A DNA stretch of 64,000 nucleotides from Candidatus Saccharimonadota bacterium (GTDB taxonomy: Bacteria > Patescibacteriota > Saccharimonadia > Saccharimonadales > Saccharimonadaceae): NCBI GenBank assembly GCA_017652765.1, contig JAGCAJ010000008.1:9230-73229 (forward strand), given 5' to 3'. A program made the position numbers and the translations under genes. Position 1 is the first letter of the stretch. Each line of letters opens with the position of its first letter. Shown here one piece after another: positions 9,565 through 16,314 of the stretch. The notes beneath the pieces are model-generated. The model searched no databases. It was not told the origin of the DNA and saw only the letters and a list, made by a program, of their open reading frames with translations.

Positions 9565-9781
9565 TGCTAAAAACATATTTCGGTTATGTTTGTAACAGGG
9601 GTGGTAAAATGCTTACGGTGTTATTTTTGGCGATTTTGCTTGATTTTTTATTAAAATTATGCTTTTTGTGAAAATTCTAGTGGTAAATCGGAAAACGTTA
9701 TTGGTATTTTTAAAAATGCTATTGGCAAGTTTTAAGATAGTATTGGTAAAATTTGAGATGGTTGTGGCATTTTTGGGCATT

Positions 9782-9807
9782 AAAAAGCCCCGCGATAGAC
9801 GCGGGGC
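9782..9807 (-). terminator. Intrinsic terminator of the 336-aa gene
   Basis: GCCCCGCG-TCTAT-CGCGGGGC-TTTTT. Confidence 0.85.
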
Positions 9808-9887
9808 CAATACCATATTGCTCCCTCCAAATTGAATGGTGTGTGCATACTCTCTTCCCGGGCGGAGGGAGCATCAATAAGGAGGTG

Positions 9888-10892
9888 TTAAGTGGTAGCC
9901 TTGCCAGCATTATCAGGAGCAGGGTTACCACCGTTGTCGGCTTTCTTGTTGGACTTTTTGCCCTTTTTGGGCTGATTCTTAGGCTGATTCTGAGACTGGT
10001 TAGCTTGCTCGGACTTCTTTTCCCTCTTGGGGAGATGAAGCTTCTTCCTAAGCGCAAGTTTATCGCCGTTGAATTTATCAACGTAAGCCTCTACTTCTTC
10101 TATAGAAACTCTGTCGCCGAGGTTACCCTCTGCGTCGACCCTTCTATAAAAGGCCTTGAAGACTTCCTTCGGATCAACACCGTAGGTGTCGATTTCCTTC
10201 TGGATAGTAGCACAAGCTTCTTTGAAGGTTGCGTACTCTTTGTTGTCTTCGGAATCTTTGGAGTTGATAAACAGTACCTTGAACGGAACGAATTTGTGGT
10301 CGTCAGCTTTCTTGGCTTCTCTGATAGCATCTTCGACGAGTTCAGGATTCTTCTCTAAAACTTTAGGGAGAACCTTGCTCACAAAGTCAACAGAGAGAAC
10401 TCTGTCGTCCTCGATAGCGCCAATGATCCAGTCGCGAAGCTCGGGGGCCATCTCTAGGCCACGATCAAAATCGTAAATCTTGTCAGCAATCTTGCTGTAG
10501 AACTTAAAATCTCTCATCTGGTTTCTTGCCTCCTTAGGCTGTGTGGGTGTGGGATTTTCGGGTTTCTCTGTATTATCCTCAGATACAAGGGCTTCTTCAA
10601 TAATTCTAGCTGATATACCATCAGCTTCTTCCTTTGAGAGAAGTTCATCATCTGCGGGTTCTTCTTCGGTAGCTTCCTCAGGGGATTCATCCTCTGCAAT
10701 AGGCTCCTCTTCTACTTCGGGCTCTTTGGCCTCTTTTTTATTGGACTGTTTAGACTCTTCTCTTGCCTCTTCGGCAGGAGTTTCAGGTTCGCTGGTAGAG
10801 CTATCCTGCCCTGCAACTTCTTCTGCGATCTCTTCCGCCGGAGCGGCACCTAAAACTTCTTTTGCTCTGTCCAAAAAATTCTTCTTTGACAT
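9888..10892 (-). CDS. Hypothetical protein, highly acidic N-terminus and basic low-complexity C-terminus
   Basis: ORF track 9888..10898; SD AAGGAGG supports start MSKKNF at 10892. Confidence 0.8.
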   Translation of the reverse strand: MSKKNFLDRAKEVLGAAPAEEIAEEVAGQDSSTSEPETPAEEAREESKQSNKKEAKEPEVEEEPIAEDESPEEATEEEPADDELLSKEEADGISARIIEEALVSEDNTEKPENPTPTQPKEARNQMRDFKFYSKIADKIYDFDRGLEMAPELRDWIIGAIEDDRVLSVDFVSKVLPKVLEKNPELVEDAIREAKKADDHKFVPFKVLFINSKDSEDNKEYATFKEACATIQKEIDTYGVDPKEVFKAFYRRVDAEGNLGDRVSIEEVEAYVDKFNGDKLALRKKLHLPKREKKSEQANQSQNQPKNQPKKGKKSNKKADNGGNPAPDNAGKATT

Positions 10893-10957
10893 AATCAATT
10901 CCTCCTTATTTTAAAGAACTCTAATTTTAATAGCTACAATATGGTATTGTGGCGTCC

Positions 10958-10986
10958 ATTATATCACACATGCTTATTTTTGTCAA
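10958..10986 (-). promoter_or_regulatory. Sigma70-type promoter of the 336-aa gene
   Basis: TTGACA-17 bp (AAAATAAGCATGTGTGA)-TATAAT; partly resembles the shared promoter. Confidence 0.75.
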
Positions 10987-11033
10987 CTGTGGTACCATAA
11001 TTCTTAAGCTTTGGCTTGTGATATAATAGGGGT

Positions 11034-11441
11034 ATGAGTTTGATGAAAATAGCAGCAGATTACGCTGCAAGACACCAGGATAGATCGGATTTTAAGCATT
11101 CTTCAGGATATGCTAAGGCGCAAAATAAAGAGGGCTTCGGCGCGACTAGTACGGCCAGTTTTGAGGCGAGAAAAGCGATAGATGAATCACGGAAATTTGT
11201 AAGGGGATACGGTAATTCCCAGATAGCAAGTAGGTTGCGACCCGGAGAAAGGGCGCGCGTATATGAGAAGCCAAGATACGGTGAAGATGCTGGCACCCAG
11301 GGACAGAAAGATACAGGAATGGCGAGCCTAGCAGACAGAAAGAGACAGTTCAATGCGGGCGGACAAGACACGAAGAAAACAGGGGTGGTATTAGGCGATG
11401 CACGGGCGCCACAGGTGCCAAGAACACCAACAGGAATCTAA
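11034..11441 (+). CDS. Hypothetical hydrophilic protein (135 aa)
   Basis: ORF with TGA-TATAAT 6 nt upstream of ATG. Confidence 0.65.
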   Translation: MSLMKIAADYAARHQDRSDFKHSSGYAKAQNKEGFGATSTASFEARKAIDESRKFVRGYGNSQIASRLRPGERARVYEKPRYGEDAGTQGQKDTGMASLADRKRQFNAGGQDTKKTGVVLGDARAPQVPRTPTGI

Positions 11442-11474
11442 CTTAGCCAACAAAAAACAGCCGTCCAGGCTGTG

Positions 11475-11549
11475 TGGTGCGGGTAGAGAGAATCGAACTC
11501 TCATCCCAAGTTTGGAAAACTTGTATACTAACCACTGTACTATACCCGC
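11475..11549 (-). tRNA. tRNA-Gly (UCC)
   Basis: Anticodon arm CAAGT-TT TCC AA-ACTTG; TTCGATT T-loop; encoded CCA. Confidence 0.95.
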
Positions 11550-11552
11550 AAA

Positions 11553-11630
11553 TGGGGCGGGTGACTGGAATCGAACCAGCGACCTTCTGGACCACAATCA
11601 GACGCTCTAACCAACTGAGCTACACCCGCC
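11553..11630 (-). tRNA. tRNA-His (GUG)
   Basis: Anticodon GTG, extra 5-prime G (G-1), encoded CCA; one A-C mismatch in the anticodon stem. Confidence 0.93.
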
Positions 11631-11749
11631 ATAGTAAGCTTCTCCCCCATGGCAGAAATTATAGCATATTCCTCAGAAAAATGGAAGGAGTCTAAATGGC
11701 TCTAACTGGTAAAAATAGCATAAGCGGGATAGATTTTGGCATAAGCATA

Positions 11750-11778
11750 TTGACTTTTACACATAAGTGTGATATAAT
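11750..11778 (+). promoter_or_regulatory. Sigma70-type promoter, copy A of the shared promoter
   Basis: TTGACT-17 bp-TATAAT; CATAAG at 11719, 11740, 11762, 11784. Confidence 0.85.
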
Positions 11779-11856
11779 GTAAGCATAAGGTTAAATAATT
11801 AACCTTATAAAATTGTACATTAGGACTTAGGGACAGTATTCGCGGAGGTACAGCCA

Positions 11857-11955
11857 GTGGCGTACCAAAAGAAAGATACTTATTGCGGTCAATACAGAAG
11901 GAGTCAGTCAACTGATAACAATAAGGTCCGTTCCAAAAGTCATGCAAATAGATAA
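11857..11955 (+). CDS. Unannotated 32-aa small ORF (MAYQKKDTYCGQYRRSQSTDNNKVRSKSHANR); alternatively a structured sRNA
   Basis: GGAGGT, 7 nt, GTG start; TAA stop directly abuts the terminator; own promoter. Confidence 0.55.
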   Translation: MAYQKKDTYCGQYRRSQSTDNNKVRSKSHANR

Positions 11956-11977
11956 GCCCCCAGAAATGGGGGCTTTT
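11954..11977 (+). terminator. Intrinsic terminator
   Basis: AAGCCCCC-AGAAAT-GGGGGCTT-TT. Confidence 0.85.
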
Positions 11978-11996
11978 GCAATACTGTTTTATAAGG

Positions 11997-13088
11997 TTAT
12001 TCCTGGAAGAAAGCCAAGTAAACTACAGCGCCAAGACCCGCGCCGAGGATAACTGTTAGGACAATAGCTAAAGTCATAGCAAAGCTATGGGACTTTGGCT
12101 CTGGGGTGGAAATAATAGAGGCGCTATGTTTAACGGGGGTGGATTTGGCAGATTTGGTGGACTTAATAGGCCTAATAGATTTGGTGAATTTGGTGGATTT
12201 AGTAGGTTTAACAGGGGTGGATTTAGTGGCACCGGTAGCAATAGAAGTAGTGGAAGCGGTACTAGAGAGAGGACGTTTTTCTACGCTAACAGAGGTGAGG
12301 AAACGGGAACGGTCCCCTAGTGGGATGATTGAGTGCTTCTTTGGGGCGCTATCGAACAGAGGTTTTGGCTCTTCGACGAATTCTTTGGCTTCTGCTTCTA
12401 GGTGGTCGGAAAGCTGGTCTTCTAGGTCATCAGCAAGGATATCTAGCTCGTCTAGAGCGTCGAGCTCCTCATTAAAGTCGTTAACTTCTTTGGACAAATT
12501 GTCTGTCAGAACAGGAGTGGAATCGTCGTCAGCAAAACCGGCGAGGGCGAGGGTGAGATCGTCGTCGTTCATCATAGGTTCGACATCGTCAAAACCGGCA
12601 AACTCGTCAAAATCCTCTGGCTCTGGAGTAGGTTTTGGAGCGGGTTTTGAGATAGGCCTTGGGGTAGGCTTTGAAATGGCCTTCTGGGCGGGTTTTGAAG
12701 CGCGGGGAGAAACTCCGGAAATTTTAATAGAACGAGGGCCGGATTTAGCAGGTTTAACAGGGGTAGGAGCCGGAGCGCGGTGAGGAGTTACAGTTGGACG
12801 AGGGATCGGATGAGTAACAGGGGGCTTGTGAACGGCTGGACGAGAAGTTGGGCGCGCAAAATCAATGCGAAGACCGCGCGGAGCGACAGGGCGACGACGC
12901 GGAGCGGCGTTTGTGGCGACCGTAACCGTGGTCTTTTTGACGGTTTTTATAACTGGCTTTGGAGTAGGCTTTGAGACAGGTTTTAAGATGATCTTCTGGG
13001 CGGGTTTTTCAACTTTTTTGGACACGACAGGACGAGCCGAAACGGCAGGACGAGGACGCTGTGGGGCAAAGTCAATATATCTTGGCAT
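11997..13088 (-). CDS. Hypothetical Pro/Lys-rich protein with acidic middle and C-terminal TM anchor
   Basis: 363-aa ORF; KPTPKP repeats; C-terminal hydrophobic helix; TAATG overlap with tpiA stop. Confidence 0.75.
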   Translation of the reverse strand: MPRYIDFAPQRPRPAVSARPVVSKKVEKPAQKIILKPVSKPTPKPVIKTVKKTTVTVATNAAPRRRPVAPRGLRIDFARPTSRPAVHKPPVTHPIPRPTVTPHRAPAPTPVKPAKSGPRSIKISGVSPRASKPAQKAISKPTPRPISKPAPKPTPEPEDFDEFAGFDDVEPMMNDDDLTLALAGFADDDSTPVLTDNLSKEVNDFNEELDALDELDILADDLEDQLSDHLEAEAKEFVEEPKPLFDSAPKKHSIIPLGDRSRFLTSVSVEKRPLSSTASTTSIATGATKSTPVKPTKSTKFTKSIRPIKSTKSAKSTPVKHSASIISTPEPKSHSFAMTLAIVLTVILGAGLGAVVYLAFFQE

Positions 13089-13852
13089 TATTTAACTCTT
13101 TTAGCTATGTCAATTATATCAATAAATTGATCAGCAATCAAGGAGGAGCCACCGACGAGGAGGCCATTTACCCCTGGAATAGTGAGGTAAGCGCCACAGT
13201 TAGAAGGGTTGACGCTACCGCCATAGAGGACCGGAACGTCTTCGGCAGTCTTGCCAAAGGTGTCTTTTAGGTGTTTTCTAATTAAATCAATGCTGGCGGA
13301 AATATCATCCGGAACGGCGATGTGGGCGCCTTTAACAGAGGAGATAGCCCAGACAGGCTCGTAGGCGATGATAATTTTGTCTAGGTCCTCTTTAGCGATA
13401 TCAGAGAGGCCAGAGGTGAGCTGATCGCGCAAGACATCAGCGGTCTCGCCGAAAGTGCGCTCAGATTCGGTCTCGCCGATACAGAGGATGGCGGTGATAT
13501 TATTGCGGACGCAGGCGGAAACCTTATCTCTAATATCTTTATCGGTTTCATTAAAAACATAGCGACGCTCGGAGTGGCCAACAATACAATAATCCACTAG
13601 GCCACGAAGCTGAGCGACGGCAGTTTCTCCGGTGTAGGCGCCAAAATCACGGGCGCAACAATTCTGGGCACAAAGCTTAATTTTTTTGCGGTCAAGCTGG
13701 AGAGATAGAGGCTGAAGTGCAATCAGAGACGGCGCAACAGCGATTTGGATACCACGCGATACAGGGATGCGTTTTAAGAGTTTATGAAGATAGATGGAAG
13801 ATTCACCGATGGTGAAATTCATCTTCCAGTTGCCCACGATATAAGTTCTCAT
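13088..13852 (-). CDS. tpiA: Triosephosphate isomerase
   Basis: GNWKMN, GHSERR, AYEPVWAI, LYGGSV, GLLVGGSSL motifs; start moved to MRTYIVG at 13852 (-10 box 6 nt upstream). Confidence 0.97.
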   Translation of the reverse strand: MRTYIVGNWKMNFTIGESSIYLHKLLKRIPVSRGIQIAVAPSLIALQPLSLQLDRKKIKLCAQNCCARDFGAYTGETAVAQLRGLVDYCIVGHSERRYVFNETDKDIRDKVSACVRNNITAILCIGETESERTFGETADVLRDQLTSGLSDIAKEDLDKIIIAYEPVWAISSVKGAHIAVPDDISASIDLIRKHLKDTFGKTAEDVPVLYGGSVNPSNCGAYLTIPGVNGLLVGGSSLIADQFIDIIDIAKRVK

Positions 13853-13909
13853 ACTGATATTATAGCATAGTTGGTTTGGGATTTTTGTCGACTTTTTAGC
13901 ATAAACGTA

Positions 13910-13938
13910 TTGACTTTTAAGCATAAGTGTGATATAAT
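13910..13938 (+). promoter_or_regulatory. Sigma70-type promoter, copy B of the shared promoter
   Basis: TTGACT-17 bp-TATAAT; 44/49 identical to copy A over 13899-13947. Confidence 0.85.
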
Positions 13939-13991
13939 GTAAACATAGAACATTAAAACTTATGCTTGTATTAGATAAGGGGTGATTATTT

Positions 13992-14141
13992 ATGTTAAGA
14001 AGTATAAAAGAATTTATGGTTTTACTGTTGACAGGTCTCGCTATTTTATTAACTTATTTTGGAGGCACATGCGCCTACCACTACATCGATCAGAATGTAC
14101 CAGTTGTCATTGAAGGCACATTGCTAATCTATCATAATTAA
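13992..14141 (+). CDS. Unannotated 49-aa small membrane protein (MLRSIKEFMVLLLTGLAILLTYFGGTCAYHYIDQNVPVVIEGTLLIYHN)
   Basis: SD AAGGGGTGA, ATG, one TM helix, followed by a terminator; own promoter. Confidence 0.7.
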   Translation: MLRSIKEFMVLLLTGLAILLTYFGGTCAYHYIDQNVPVVIEGTLLIYHN

Positions 14142-14153
14142 ATAAGAACTTTA

Positions 14154-14185
14154 AAACTCCCGTGGAATCCGCGGGAGTTTCTTTT
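14154..14185 (+). terminator. Intrinsic terminator
   Basis: AAACTCCCGTGG-AAT-CCGCGGGAGTTT-CTTTT; the G-U pair forms only on the + strand. Confidence 0.85.
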
Positions 14186-14198
14186 GGTCTTTATAAGG

Positions 14199-14972
14199 TT
14201 ATTTCTTCTCTGTAACGCCGAGAATACCGCGGAGGGCGTAGGCGGTATCTTCGTGGCTTCTAACAGTAATAGTATCTATTCCCATCTGGACAACAGGGTA
14301 ATCGTTGCCACCCGGCTGGGTCATATCACCAAAGTAGAGGATCTCATCTTTTGTAACTTTTAGCTCTTCTAGCATGTGGGTCATGCCAAATTCCTTGTTC
14401 ATACCAGGGGTGATAGCATTAATAGAGGTCGTGCCGCCAATTTCGTAGTCGAATTCTGGGGCGATTTCCTTGCAACGGGCGACGATTTTTTCACGTTTTT
14501 TGCAATCTGGGTCCCAAGCATATTTCTCTTTGGTGCCAGCCTTTTGACCTAAAGCAGAGAAAGTAACCTGAGAAAGGCGATTTTCAATGATTTCGTCACC
14601 ATCTTTTAGCTTATCTTCTTCCCAGTAGCCGAGTTCCTTGGCGGAAGTTTCGATGGCGTTTGTGATTTTTTCTACTTGTTCATCTGTTAGAGGATAGTTA
14701 TAGACCTGTTCCCACTCTGTACCGGTGTAGCGGTAGTACTGGGTACCCTGAGCGACAAACAGATGGAGATTCTTGAGTTGGGCAGGGGTAGCACCGCGCT
14801 CGACCAGCCTATCGACAATCTGGATTAGGAATTGGTCGAATTTCTGGCCAGAGATAGGGCAGATTTGATAATAGTTAAGACAGTCGTTTAAGAGGTCGGC
14901 AATCTCGTCTGGAACAGGGGTCTTGGCGATATTTAAAGTTTGATCAATATCAAAGGCTAAAACTTTCTTCAT
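14199..14972 (-). CDS. HAD-IIB family phosphomannomutase (PMM-type)
   Basis: FDIDQTL motif I, EIGGTTSI, FGDMTQPGGNDY motif III/IV. Confidence 0.88.
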   Translation of the reverse strand: MKKVLAFDIDQTLNIAKTPVPDEIADLLNDCLNYYQICPISGQKFDQFLIQIVDRLVERGATPAQLKNLHLFVAQGTQYYRYTGTEWEQVYNYPLTDEQVEKITNAIETSAKELGYWEEDKLKDGDEIIENRLSQVTFSALGQKAGTKEKYAWDPDCKKREKIVARCKEIAPEFDYEIGGTTSINAITPGMNKEFGMTHMLEELKVTKDEILYFGDMTQPGGNDYPVVQMGIDTITVRSHEDTAYALRGILGVTEKK

Positions 14973-15030
14973 AGTAACTCCACTTAAGTATTAAGATGAT
15001 TATAACATATTATGATATAATACTCTTATT

Positions 15031-16260
15031 ATGAAGTTATCAGAAGAGCTAATTTGGCGCGGGTTTACCGCCGAAACTACTATCAAAGACCCTAGCGTGT
15101 TAGATACGATGGAGAATAAAACATTCTATTGGGGCGCGGATCCATCGGCTGATTCCCTGACAATTGGGAATTTGGCAGCTCTGATGATGTGTGCTTGTTT
15201 TGTGCGACACGGATACAGACCATACCTCCTAGTTGGTGGAGCGACGGGTCAGATTGGTGACCCAAAGGAAAATGGTGAGCGCGAGCTAAAAACCCTAGAC
15301 GAAGTAGAGCATAACAAAAAATGTATCGCTGGGCAGATTAAGCGCGTGATTAATACTGACGAAGTAGTAATGGTGGATAACTATGACTGGTTCAAAAACA
15401 TCAATTATATTGATTTCTTGAGGAATGTTGGCAAGCAATTTTCGATGACACAGCTTCTTGATAGGAAGTTTATTCAGAATCGTATCGGAGAAGGTGGAAG
15501 CGGGATTTCTTATGCGGAATTTTCTTATACGTTAATCCAGGGATATGATTTTTATCACCTATACAAGACATACGGAATCCAGTTGCAGCTTTGTGGAGCA
15601 GACCAATATGGAAACTGTTCAAGTGGCATTTCCCTGATTCGCAAACTAGAAAATGCCGAAGCGAATGTCTGGTCTACGCCTCTAATTATCGACCCGGTAA
15701 CAGGGAGGAAATTTGGCAAATCCGAGGGGAATGCGGTGTGGCTAGCAAGTTCTGATAATGGACAAGGAAACTTTACGACGATATTTGATTTTTATCAATT
15801 TTGGCTAAATCAAGCAGATGAAGCGGTAGAATACCTCCTAAAAATTTACACGGTACTAGAAAAAGAAGAAGTAGAGGAGATTCTAAAGAGACACAAAGAG
15901 CATCCAGAACAAAGAATTGCGCAACGTGCACTAGCAAGGGGCGCAACAGAGGTGGTGCACGGAACTGAGGCGGCTGATGCGATAGAAGGCTTGACAGAGA
16001 AATTATTCAGTAAGGACGCTAGTTATTCTGCAAAAGATATAGAAAATGCCTCAAAAATCCTGCCCGTAAGGCCGATTTCTGCGACACTAGTAGAAGACCT
16101 AGTATGCTCGGGATTAGCGAGCTCTAAGAAAGAGGCGCGCACGTTCATTACGGCGGGAGCCGTATCTGTAAATGGTGAGAAAATCACCGACGAAAATAAG
16201 GTGTTAAACGCGCCGGCTATCTTAAAACGTGGCAAAAATAAATTCGCTGTTGTAATGTAA
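15031..16260 (+). CDS. tyrS: Tyrosyl-tRNA synthetase
   Basis: GADPSADSLTIGN (HIGH-like), EFSYTLIQGYDF, GADQYGN, KFGKSEG, C-terminal S4 domain. Confidence 0.97.
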   Translation: MKLSEELIWRGFTAETTIKDPSVLDTMENKTFYWGADPSADSLTIGNLAALMMCACFVRHGYRPYLLVGGATGQIGDPKENGERELKTLDEVEHNKKCIAGQIKRVINTDEVVMVDNYDWFKNINYIDFLRNVGKQFSMTQLLDRKFIQNRIGEGGSGISYAEFSYTLIQGYDFYHLYKTYGIQLQLCGADQYGNCSSGISLIRKLENAEANVWSTPLIIDPVTGRKFGKSEGNAVWLASSDNGQGNFTTIFDFYQFWLNQADEAVEYLLKIYTVLEKEEVEEILKRHKEHPEQRIAQRALARGATEVVHGTEAADAIEGLTEKLFSKDASYSAKDIENASKILPVRPISATLVEDLVCSGLASSKKEARTFITAGAVSVNGEKITDENKVLNAPAILKRGKNKFAVVM

Positions 16261-16314
16261 TTTTAAGCGGTTTAGACCCTAAATTTGCTGTTTTGTGGTA
16301 TAATAAAAGAGTTT

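Noticed and set aside
9609-9671. 20-aa hydrophobic ORF MLTVLFLAILLDFLLKLCFL (+) after AGGGGTGG
   Set aside because: T-rich DNA yields hydrophobic ORFs by chance; no convincing promoter or terminator.
9678-9782. Possible CRISPR array in the periodic AT-rich stretch, or in the CATAAG repeats at 11719-11789
   Set aside because: The period of 21-22 bp leaves no room for spacers, repeats are degenerate, and no cas genes are present.
9613-9816. 67-aa minus-strand ORF with heptad pattern
   Set aside because: The heptads follow from the 21-bp repeat; the ORF starts within a terminator region with no SD or -10 context.
11553-11630. tRNA-His as a pseudogene because of an A-C mismatch in the anticodon stem
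   Set aside because: All other identity elements (G-1, GUG, T-loop, CCA) are intact; a single mismatch at this position is tolerated.
11820-11945. Known riboswitch (SAM-I, lysine, T-box, glycine) in the region A transcript
   Set aside because: Conserved cores are absent and there is no same-strand downstream gene to regulate.
12130-12990. Short nucleotide repeats in the Pro/Lys-rich gene
   Set aside because: They simply encode low-complexity KPTPKP / TKSTK linkers.
13852-13924. Upstream-extended starts in the ORF track (tpiA, PBP, hrcA, comEC, dsbA, uppP, Clp ATPase, 58741 and others)
   Set aside because: The extensions translate promoter DNA (e.g. LCYNIS = TGCTATAAT); downstream ATGs fit homolog N-termini and the -10 or SD position.
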